A DNA stretch of 64,000 bases. Source: Balanoglossus misakiensis (taxonomy: Eukaryota > Animalia > Hemichordata). The position numbers and the translations under genes were made by a program. The DNA lies in contig CM082592.2 of NCBI GenBank assembly GCA_040954595.2, positions 5,231,015 to 5,295,014 on the forward strand, written 5' to 3'. The notes under the pieces are model-generated. The model did no database searches and was not told the origin of the DNA. It worked only from the letters and a program-made list of their open reading frames with translations. Position 1 is the stretch's first letter, and every line of letters starts with the position of its first letter. This document shows positions 13,461 through 25,600 of this stretch, piece by piece.

Positions 13461-15965
13461 TCATTTTCCCTTAACGACCATTTCTCTGAAAGTCATGTTG
13501 ATTCTGGGAAAATTCGCCTTCTTCCTGCGTGGCAAGGAGTGGTACCAGTACACGTTGGTGGGATAGTTCATCATCAACAGACTCCCATGGTGCAGTTCGA
13601 CTGTGATGGGGAGCAACTGTCTCTTGGCGTTCTTGCCCCGACTTTCAGCATGGCGGAACACAAAGTCTCTCGGTTGCCCTAGCGACAGTGATGCTATTGG
13701 CGCTGACCGTACCAGATCCTTTTCGTCGTCTTGGTGTTCTCCCATGTGATCATTGCCATCTTTGTATCTATGGTCAGAAAGAGAAAGAACAGCTAATGGA
13801 GCTTTAAAATGTACAGTGAATATTCAGCTAGACTGTTAATCATCACAGAGAGACAATTCTGAGATAATGGGATTAATGAATTGTGTGAACAAGAAATAAA
13901 TATTCTGTTTCGAGGGGAAAAAAACAGTTTGTAATTCCTAGCTTATTTAAGTCAGCACATCAATTTTGCTTATTATAAATGCGAAATTTAAAAAATACAC
14001 CTAGCAGAGGCATGAGACCAGCAGAAAGTTAATCCCTACCTGATTGGATGTTAAAGCTAAAGTTAATTATTTTTGCAACACAGATTCGTCCTAAATCTAA
14101 TCTGCAATCTGAGTGATCAGTAATCACTGTGATTGATTTCCGTGTGATATCAAGAAAAGTAATCTTTCTCTAATGGAGTTTAACTTCTAAATTAAGAGAT
14201 ATAATGTACAAGCTTGGTGGATATTTTGGGCCTGAAATCACAAGATTTTGAAACATTTCTTCTGATGAACTCACACTCTATTCGTTTAAACTGCAAAAGT
14301 TACATATAAATTAGGTTCTAATTAAACACAATCGAAAAAAAAGTGCAATGGTGGAGTATTGGTAAGCCACATTTCTAAGGATGGAAAATAAAACACCTGC
14401 CTTTATGCTAACCGTGAGTTTCACATATTGGTGAGAAAATTAATTAGCCTTCAGCATAATTTATTTTTAGATTCATTTTTATGATAGCATTGGATCAATA
14501 ATGCCACAAGTCTTTAAGTGTTCATATGAATAATACATGGTCATCATTTTGTGGCAAGTGTGTCAACTGAAAGATCATTCTGAAATTCCAAAAACATAAT
14601 TGAGAATTTGTAGGTAGAAATAATGGTTCCATCCTGGCATGAAGCAGTCTCTTCCCTAGCACATAAACAATTGCTGTGAAAAAATTACTACTAGCACATT
14701 CAGAGTGAGATAGGCCATCATCATAATGCAAAACTATATCTGATTGGCAGATTCAATTATTTATGCATAACCAATAGTTGCAGCTCACACTGAGCAGACT
14801 AGAAATGAACTATGATTGATAGGCTCTAAGGTATACAGTGATTCTAGAAATCACGCAAGCCAGACTTGTCTCGCATTTTAATAGAATGTTTCATACCAGC
14901 ACAGCAACAAAAAAGTCCAGGTCCATTTGTATTGTGCATTTATGGGTTGATCATAAAATTACACTTTCAATCATAAATGGAAACACTTCCAAGTTCATGT
15001 CATATGCACACACACACACACTTTACCTATTGATTAGCACAAAATTAAATCTGTGGCCTGTGAAGCGTGTAATTTTATCCCGTATTTCCATTAGCAGCGG
15101 CGTCCATGGCTTGGCCGGTATACAATTGTTTGAAAAGGTGTAACTCAGTCCTTCATCGCCATGGGCAACCTGAATGGCAAAGAAAAAGATGATCAAAGTA
15201 AGACTTTCATGGCCGAATGCAAACGTAAATCCAAAATATATTACAGTATAAGATGCCATATTGAGCTCTAATAACAGAAAGTAGTAAAGAAAGCAATAAG
15301 TGTAATCCGCCATGTCGGCTACCCAATCAGATTCCATATCCTTCCTCTGCCCCTTTCTGCTTTGCTGATTGGAGAAGGATGAGCCAATCACTGATGTGGC
15401 TGTACAATAAATTGCGCCCTCACAAGGTTGTTATGTAAGTTTGCTAAATTGACCAAATATTGATAATTGTTTTCTTAACTGTTCAGTGAGCATTTTATTT
15501 CACCAATGGTTTATCTATTGGCAAAACATTTAACAAAGTTTATCTCAAAATAGAGCGCAGTGACTGACCATTCTGTACCTGTTTTCTGGGTATGTTGTGC
15601 CATTTGCCAAAGATGTGCACTTGGGCTAACTTTCCTGTGTTATACGCAAGTTCACTTTCACATCTTTGGTACAACTCGTCCGCTTCCTTCTTTGAAAACA
15701 GCTGAATGTAATCACAGTCAAGATTCTCGGCGGATATTTTTCTCCGTGTACAAGTTTTCTTACTGTCCGTGACATCAACGCTTCCTTTCTCTTGAACTTC
15801 GCAGGTGCCGACATCGTCATCAGTTTCGGGCTTCGCCACTTCCGTTTGCCCTTCGCTGTTTTCATCGTCGGTCGCCACTCTCTTCTTTTTGCATGGCCGT
15901 AATTCACCGCCGCTATCATCTGCAGATCTCCTATTCCTAGCCGTCCTAACGACAAATTTATCCAT
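13461..15965 (-). CDS. ALKBH2: DNA oxidative demethylase ALKBH2 (Fe(II)/2-oxoglutarate dioxygenase)
   Basis: Three exons: 15965-15579 (MDKFVVR...VHIFGKWHNIPRKQ), 15169-15027 (VAHGDEGLSYTFS...FNFVLINR), 13767-13461 (YKDGNDHMGEHQDDE...IASLSLG...WYHSLP...RINMTFR). HxD...H iron triad, RxxxxxR motif and N-terminal APIM-like KFVVR are present. Confidence 0.96.
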
Positions 15966-17786
15966 ATTCAATAAGAGATATCACTTGAAGTTGGAGCGAG
16001 AAGGTATCGCGACATGGCCTGGTAACCGTGTACCAACTGCACTATGCGGGGTTGAAGGTTACAAGGATCTTCGACTGTCCAGAGAGGGCGCTATTGTAAT
16101 AGCGACAGCTTACCATGGAAACCGAAAGTGGACATATGCGGCCCAAAAATTATGTTGGGTGCATGCATGCTTCGCAGCAGTGGTAGTATAATTACATCAT
16201 ACACCAAGTTTCTCAACATATTTAGGTAAACTGCGGCTATCAGTTTATTGGAATAACTTACTAATCTCAATAGCTGGTGCAGTAAAACTGTTGGGTGTCT
16301 GATAGCCATATTGAATGACTCCACTGAAGCTATGCTTACTTAAATCAAATATAACACCGACAAAGCTTTTTTTTTCAAAAATCTTTTATTGTTACATGTA
16401 CATCTGAAATAAAATTTTATCTACACACAGAAAATAAGACAACGCCACAATGCATTAGTAAAATATTTTTTTTTTTAAGTTTTATAAATCAGGGAATCTA
16501 GATAGAACCATGCAAGCAGGTGTTTTGTGAAATGCGCTATGATCTCGCTCGTAGCAAGCGCAGTAACTACACACTGCGTGACCCGTGTCAGTAAGATTGG
16601 ACCAGTATTGTCAATATACACAGTGGTTTTTTTTTTCCTTTTTGGTGTAGCAAAAGACTGGTTTGCTGGATCAGTGAAGTACGATTCAAGTTGCTTTTGG
16701 TTTTACAGCAATTTTACCACGCCAAAATGACCGTTAAAACTTGTTCTCCCTGCCCCATCACCCCCTGAAGACAAAACATCAAAACTACAAACTGCTCTGA
16801 CGAAAGGGAAGCTCACTTGAGAGAAACTATCCATGCAGTTGAAAAAAAATCCTGGACACTTATGGCGCCATTTGTAGTCAGATTACAGAACTTACAGAGG
16901 GGGAAAAAGTCAATTTCAAGGATGTATATTAAATATTTGAAAAACATTTTCGCTGCCCGTAGTTACACATTGTAAAATTAAGATTTCATTTCCACAAGGC
17001 TTTATTTTACATTGTAAGAAAAATCATGATCTTAGACAATGTACACCCGGAATTTTGTGGTAGCATTTTTTTTTCACTCAATTAATCCATTTGGGAAATT
17101 TTGTTTACCTCCATGATTTCTTCATTTGGTGAAATGGTGTTTCAACAAGTGAATTAGCAAAAACACAATTATGAACATTTCGAAAATGAAGATACATACA
17201 ACCAAATATAAATGGATTAAACCCTCCCAAGGCAGGAACTTTTGACATGGTAATCAGTCAGAGACACCAAAACTTACAATGTTTGGACAATTAAAAAATA
17301 ACGCAAAAAAAAAAAAAAACACTACCACTTACATATATTGACTAACACAACACAAAGGTCACTAAGATTTATTAAATTGGAAACAAAATTTAGACTCCTA
17401 TTTTAGTTTCTATAAAGCTCTGAAGGTGTTTTTTTAATTTTTTGTACTGTTTATCTGGTCAAGAAGCAGGTCCAACACTGAATGCAATCATCGATTTTCT
17501 GCCTTTCAGTGAAAAAGTGCCCCTCTCACCTTGTAATAAACAGAACAGATCTGTGGGTAGCATCAATACTTTCAGCAAGAAAATTGATTTCAACAGGAAA
17601 AACTAGGTACCCTCGAATTTAGCGGATACAGTAGACGAGTACTATAATATATACACAATGTGCGTTGCGTTTCAAACTGAAGAAAACTTGCGTATTAAGT
17701 GTGTGATTTAGCTTTTGTGCGAATGCTTCAAAGATCCGTGGTAACTCAAAACTGGGCTGCGAGTGCACACACATCATGTGCTGCCG

Positions 17787-17880
17787 TTACCCTTTCACCC
17801 CCATTTCAAATGAATATGGATCCAGCCATACCATAGAAAACAATGGGCTGGACCAAAACCACGACTGTGAGAGAGGGTAG
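17787..17880. mobile_element. piggyBac-like MITE copy, inverted, in the probable SPPL3 3' UTR
   Basis: Reverse complement reads GTGGTTTTGGTCCAGCCCATTGTTTTCTATGG...GGGGGTGAAAGGGTAA, matching the same family. Confidence 0.65.
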
Positions 17881-19680
17881 ACAATTGATATAGTAAACGG
17901 CAGCTTTACCTTTCGGCACCTCAAAGTAAGGAATTTTCTCAGCAGAAGTCAGCGAATGTCATTTGAATGTCACTTCAATCCACAACAGTCAGTATACATG
18001 TGACAGCTTGATTAGCAAAGAAATTTAGCCATGATTCAGTTCCAGTTTGTTCAAACACTGTACGAATATACTCTTGACAAAGTGCCTTCTCAGGGAGATG
18101 TCTAGCCATTGAAATAACAAAAAATCCCCCTCAGTTGAATCTACCACCATTTCTGTCCAGGACAATTTGTTAAAACCCCATTCCGTTATACATAAATCTA
18201 ACCAGCATGCAAGAATTTTTGAAGATGAAAGTTTTGCACTCATGACAAACAAAACACGCTTGTTCCCAGCACCTCTTTAAAAATGTCACACGTACAATCA
18301 CCAAGACAGCAGAGAAGTAAATTTGGATAGCGGTGGTTCAGGCAGTTGTATATTTGACTATCGGTCTAAACACCGAGGAAGGATTCATTTGAATGGTCTA
18401 TGTCCGTACAAATTGTTTTTCAGCTGTGTAGGTATACTGTATATACGCTCGCCATTTTGGCACCAGTAAATTGAAGATCGCTGAATGAAAGTGGCTGGTC
18501 TAACCAGGAACTGAGTGTAGTGCCAAATTTAGCCAAGACCGACCCTCGCGTTTGAAACAACATCCAAGCTTTTCCCAGCAGAGATTTCTTCCAGAGGGTC
18601 TGAGTGTTCTTGACCTTACTTCCCAGATCCACTAACTAGTGAACAAACTTGAAACCGCAGTCCCACTTTCTGAGCCGTCAAAGTTGCCAAGTGCCGCAAG
18701 GGTAATGCGAGAATCCACTCTGAAACCCACACCACCACCACCACCATCCAAACAAACAATCCTCATCTCATATGTGCAGACAACCAATAACATGCTACCC
18801 AAAAATGGTTTAAGGACACAAAAGAAGACACGATGGAAGTCCACAAAAAACAACCAAAGGGCGATGCAAAATACAAAGTTGAATTGTAAATAATGTAGTC
18901 AAATACACGAGCCAAGCTACAAGAAAACCGATAAAATGGATTAAAAATCTCGTCTTTTTGAACAAAAAAGTATAAGGATAAAACATGTTGCACTTCACCT
19001 AGTGCTATTGCAAAGCTTCGTTCTTGTTTATCTGTTGACAATTTAAAACCCATGATTAAAATCTTCCCAATGAGATTACAGAAAGGTCTCACTTTGTTGG
19101 TTACACTTGGGGCTAGCAAAGTTTGCAATTATTTACAGGATGTATGAAGAGACAACCCCTGCAGACCCAAACGTGGTACTAGCGACTTTTAAAAAAATAC
19201 TCGAAGACAACATCTGTGCCCAAGTCGACTCGTCAAGCCCATCCAAATACTATGTACTATTTCAGTTGTACTCTTCTTGATGCTGTCGTCCCATAGCACC
19301 ACCTAAAGTCAGTCTCTTTTTTTTTTACTCTTTTTTTCGTTTTACTGTACCATCTCGGTCTGTCTTTGTTCACAGCGCGTTGTCAAACAAACAAACACAA
19401 GCTTGAAATGTTGCTAGACTCCAAACAGAAGAGGCCTTTTCTCAATAGGGAATGAAAAGGTGGTTTTTCGTCAACCAGTCCTATTCCAACGGTGCAGTTA
19501 CCAGGTAGTCTGCCACAACTGTTTTTGGTTTCAAAAAAAGTGTGTCCAAGTTGTTGTGTGATGTCCTTTCCTTAGCATCTGCACCGGTATATGTTTCTGG
19601 AGTCGACTGGTCCATCTTTGCTCCTAGTACTGCGTTGTCCGGTCCAAGTCCAGATATCAAACCAGGTGGGTCTTTGGATG

Positions 19681-22600
19681 TCATACGTCCAAGTACTTTG
19701 GCGTCACGGTCTTCAAGAAAGGCTCGTGCCACATTCTTCGCAAGTCACCCTGAGATGGAAAAACGCAAGAGATTTGTTTTTAAATATGCAGTATGCTTCC
19801 AATGTCAGATATGTAACATTGTAGACACTCTTGTACGATTTCGTAAAGCATCAGGTGGAAAGCCAAATATGTCAGACAAGACTTGCAAGCGTACTAGCAT
19901 ACAGCAGGTATTATCTATACAAAAAGTGATAGAGTAATATCTCATTACTATAATACTATAATATTTTGTACATACCTTGAGATACGCCATAAGAACAAGG
20001 GGAAGCAGTGTAAATGGTACTAAATACAACAAGGCCGGTTGGGCAGCTTTGTACACTTCTGACGAAATTGTCGCTGTTAACAAACCTGAATGTAAGGGGA
20101 AAAAAACACCATTGCCTTGTTTAATGTTGAGATTTGGTTTACTTTAAACAGTGACTTTCGACTATTTTATCACTTTTTTTCAAGGTTCAATGTATTAACT
20201 GCAGTTTCTTGTTCTGCTCACAACACAAATCTAAAATTCTAACTCTCCCATTTGTCATTGTAACCTGTGTCTGTGTAAGAAACTTTGTAACTTTTGACCA
20301 AAGACTTCTAGTCAATTTTCACAAATAACAACAATGAGTGCATGGGCAGAGTTGAAAAGCAAAATAAAGAGTATTATTTTGTAACTAGTTGACACAACAA
20401 GAGTCATCTGTATCAGAGGCTCACCTAGGAAATATCCAATGAGAGAACAGTGAAAGTAGGTGACTTTCTGCGTCAGGCTGTTGGGGTTCCCAGGTGGGTA
20501 GTTGTTGGCCGCGTCCTCGCGGATCGACGCCTGCCTCTTGTAGTTGTCGTAGCGCATGACAAAACACAGCAGAAGTCCCGGCATGACGATGTCGCCCAGC
20601 CCCAGCATGGAGAAGTGGCCGGTCTCGTGCATACTGAAAGGTGGGGAAAACAAGTGGCGCGAGATGTTAATACCAGGCAGGTCTAATCGGAGTCACAAGA
20701 CAGTCATTAATATGCACATCGGGTGGTGACATCATGCGGACTCTACCATTTCTGTTGCAGGTGAACAACTATGGGCTACACCATTTTCTCTCGATGGTGA
20801 TCGTTTTCAACGAACATAATAATGTAGTACATGTATTCACTGAAGTGATAATAATACTGGTACATGTAATAATAATATTGACTTCTTCTGTAGTGCATTA
20901 GATAATACATCTCAATGCGCTTTTACAATTATTTCCCTGGTCATTGGCGAGCATGGGAAGTGTTTGTAATGTACCAATAGTTCACATCATTCTGCCATGC
21001 GATTCCTCGTATACACAACACTTCATAAAATGTAATTAAAACAGACCATGTTTCTGTGTGTGATTGAACCCTAAACATTAGGGGTAGCCCCCTCATCTGA
21101 CAAGTAATGTCTTCTGGCATTAAATTTTTCATCATTTTTTTAATTACACAAACGCAGTAAACACTCCCATTGCAGTCAATTAGAATCAACCAAACAAAGA
21201 CCCTGAAACCTAAAAAATGCCCGAGGCAATTAATCGCGGTAACCAAAGCAACCTACCTTGGAAATACTAGCTTTCCTGGCAGAGATAATTGAGGTGCATC
21301 CCTGGCAATCCCCGGGAAGTTCAGTTTCCTAGCAACAATACCCACCTAGATGGCACAGATGGGGGGAAAATAATTCAAATTTAATCAACAGAAATGCTGA
21401 GAGCGCCCTTTTTGATAAAGCTAACAGCGACATCGAAACAAAACCATGTTTGATGAGAATGGTGTTCATCACAATAGAATTGATGAGTGCTAATATTTTC
21501 CAGCTTTCTATCTATAGCATTTTGCATGGAATAGTAAAACTGTCACATTAAGACAAATATTGTGCTTGATGCAGGAATTTTTTTTCTGATAGTGAAAACA
21601 AATCATAAGGAACACTCACCGGATTATCAGCTGGTCTCGTTGCGACTTTCACCATGACATTGGCATTGAATATATACGTTGAGAAAAAGACCCAAAACAC
21701 ATCGTATATCAAGAGGCCAGTCAGCAACAAGGTGGAAATTTTTAAGCTCGGCAGACGCACGAAGGCTATCATTGTCACGCATAAACCCATGGCCAAAGCT
21801 GTAAAACAAAAGGAAGCAAGGAATGAGACTCAAACGAACTTGTAACTGTCATCTTTTCTTGTTATTTAGCTTTTGTGGTGATATTGACCAAAACTTGTGT
21901 GAAAATGAGCAGCATTACATGAACACAGGTTGACGCATAAGACCAGTGCCCTCTGTGTTGACTTATCAGAATTCTTTCGTGGAATTTTCCTCTGAGCTAG
22001 GGGGTCACATCACATGGTCTGGCATTGTTCTCTTTAAATAGCAAAAAAAGATCTTCAAGAGGGGGCAAGGAAATGCCCTGGTAAAATACTAGTACAACAG
22101 CCCGTGGAAAAATCAGCAATTATATCTGCTACAGGCTTATATTTCAATGAATAATAAATGGTTCTCTATTGCTCTCTCATATCTGACAATTGAAACTGAC
22201 TGGGACTGGATAGAGAGTCTCATCTTACAAAGCTCTGTTGGAAACTACTTTTGCGTAAACACTCTACGTATAGAAATGTTGGATTCCTGCGAGCGAAATC
22301 TGTTAATGCACATTCTCTGCATATAACATTCATTGTGACACGCACATTCCAAATGCTGGCAAACACAGTGTGAATGAATGACAAGACTCGAGTGTTTCCA
22401 ATCCACTTCTAATGTAAGGTGGATTTCGATTGGCTACTCACCATCCATGAGCAGCCAATGACCTGTCATGATCCATACAAGGACTAGACCCAACGACAAA
22501 CCAAATGACATTAATTCAGCTGGAGTAAATCTGCCGCAGATACCAAATGATATCCTGAAACAGAAAAATATAAATCAGTCATAAAGGCATGGCATGGACA

Positions 22601-25600
22601 CAACAATGTCCTGTTGTAAACATAAAAAAATAATGGTGGTATTCTGATATTATTTGCTGGTAAAATGCATAAAACTCAAAGGCTGACAATATGGCATTCT
22701 AAAAAAGGGGTCCCTTAAAATGTATGATGCTAATCTCTTTTCAGAGAACTGAGCTAAAATATGCCAAATAATGATAAAAGTATGTTATTTCCAGGTAACA
22801 ATATGGTTCACTCATTAGTTGACCAACACAATGGGAACCAGAGAGATAAAAGATCAAAATAATGCAGCGTGACAACATTGAAATATTACTCTCAAGAAAT
22901 TCTCACTAAATGCACCTTTCAACGGGATTAAATTGCTCACTTTCGACATTATTTTGGTAAATAGTACGATGAGCATCTTTCGACAGATTTCCTAACTGAC
23001 AGATACTATATTACTAGTTGTCATAGCTCAACTCATGCCCTGCACACTGACATCAAACACACAAATGCGTTCCTTTAAATTTAAACTAATACCCCTAAAA
23101 TTTGCATCGTAGCAGAATTCCTATGTTACGAACAGAAGGAACAAGTTGGGCTTTGACAAATGGTCCTACGTGAATACTTACTTGGTTCCTGTGGCACACG
23201 ACCGCAGAATATACTGACACATGGGTAATAGTAAAAAAGCGAAGGCTACAGTTGCTAAAACTGTGGAGAGACACAGAAAAAAAATACACGTCAAGGAGAG
23301 AACACCAGAAAAGAAGAATAAGTGGCAGACACATAACACATGAATGATGGATGTTCAATCATTCAATATTTCTATGCCCGTGATCTGCATTTCTGGGGGC
23401 TATTTTCCTGAAATGTCCTGATTTCACCGACTGACAGAAAGACGCTGCATCAATGCGATCTAGCGATTTGGTGACAGCATCTTGACTACCCACAGGGATT
23501 ATTACTTTCTTTCAATGGCTGCTTCCCAGTGCTCGCCACTCAGGGATTATCTGCAAATCTTCCATTAATGACGAGGTTTTCCGTAGCTCATGGAGTTTTC
23601 GGTCGATTAAAAAAAATGACATTCATACGCAACCCAGAGAAATGGCTTCTGACTGTGTATTAAAAAAGTCTTGGGATAATGGCTTGGCTTGTAAAAGGCA
23701 AGGGGCAGGTAAACATGGCTTATCACTGGCAAATGAACATCCAGACATTATAATTGACAATGTCTGCCAAATCAAGCGCGACACAATTATTACAATAGGT
23801 AATATAGTTCCAGGCCATTCACTTCATATTGACATCAAGCAAGGAAAATTGTAACTCTACTTGAAAAAAATTACAGCCATGTTCTGTAATTCAATTTGCA
23901 TCCACATTTAAGCAGTGGTGTTTCTATTGATACCCGAGAATGCATCAATAATAATGGTGCAGATCGACGACCAGGCAGTGCAATTTCCAGCATTCTTGGA
24001 CTCTAACCCTTTCACCACCATGGTTTTGCCCAATCCCAATGTTTTCAAACAAAAAGATGGACCTCTACACAGGGGAATGGGGGTTAAAGGGCAAAAGTTG
24101 CTTTGACATTGGATTTGTTTATTTTCATTTCAGGTAAGAAGTCACCTGTTATTCTGCTCACTGAAACATGCTGACTGGCTGGTCATTACAGCTCTACACA
24201 AATGACATGTATAAACACAGATACTTCAATGACATTTCACTTGTGGCATTGAAGTACTTGCATGTTACGCCCACATGAACATAGCATCATGTGTAGAGCT
24301 CTGATGACTAACTATTCACCAAGTTTCAGAGAGTAGAATAATATAATCTCTTCTTGCCGGAAATAAAAAGAACCAAACTAACATCAATAGGGATGTCCTC
24401 CTTTTGATGCACGACTAAACACGCTACTGTTAGGAAAATAGTTCAGAGATAAAAAAAATACTACCGGTAATACAGGGACATTCATAAATTTCCATGTATG
24501 CATTGGGCATGTATGTACAGTGTACTATTTATGTACTAGTACACTGTCTATTACCGTGATATACATGTAAGGTAACTCAGATTGTGAATTTGCACACCCG
24601 AGGGAATCACATCACTGCGTGAACAGCAAACACCTGGACACGATGAAAGCCAAGCACACACTCTACTCACCCGCTGTACATATCGCAAACACCATCTGCA
24701 TGGAGTCGAAGAAGAAGAACATCACTAGCAGTGACACGGAAGCACCGATTGGCAAAAACATGGCTTGAGTTGTGTCTATATTGTGAACATCTGTAAGTAA
24801 AATGAAGAAATACATGCAACTTGTAAACTGTTGGATTTATTTTCAAAACCTTTTTAACGCAAAATCGGGAGTGACATTGATTTTCAGGTGCCCAATCGCT
24901 GGACGTTCAGGGTACATGTATAAAGTTTGGCCAAGTGTACATGCCGGGGAGATGCATGTAAACATCAAGAAGTAGCAATCGCCTTGTTTGTTGCTTCCTG
25001 CTATTAATACAAGCTGCCATATTATAACCGTTTAATGCATCACTTATCTGCAGAAAACAGATTCTTCAGACCATGGTTGCTATGGTGACACCCATTCAGT
25101 ACGATCATAGACCCTCGAGGAAGGGTCTATGGTACAATGATGAATAATAACTTTACTACTGCTGCATATATGAAGGCTGTCAATCACTCAATGTACACAC
25201 ATCCTTTCACTAAAAATTGCCCAGGTATTTTCTCAAGCGATTATCTCTTTAAAGTGTCAATCATCGGCTCGTTGTGTTTATACAACATAATTCCCATGTG
25301 TATCAGTTATGCAAGTTATATTGTTCTCATCTGGAAATAAGTTACAGTGTTCCATCCAGGACTATTTCTAATACAGCATCAGTTAATATGCTGATGGCAT
25401 AACAGTTTAATTAATTGTTTATGATAACGAGTTTCCATTGTATTTCCTGAATTACTGGCCAACACTTCAATTGTTCTGAGGAAAACACTCACTGAAAATG
25501 TAACAATGCAGTTTCACCAATTCTCACCATGTTGATAAGAGTGGAATTTCACAACATGGATGGGACATCAATTGTTCGAACATGTAGCTACCACTCGTAA

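Noticed and set aside
16078-16093. CTCF-like AGAGGGCGC motif (similar at ~56090 and ~58597)
   Set aside because: Only the 3' half matches; the 5' half is misaligned with the consensus.
19481-19732. 83-aa ORF overlapping the SPPL3 last exon as an alternative C-terminus
   Set aside because: The spliced frame ends at TGA 19681 with an SPPL3-like terminus (YLDV). The other frame starts at a non-ATG codon and has no support.
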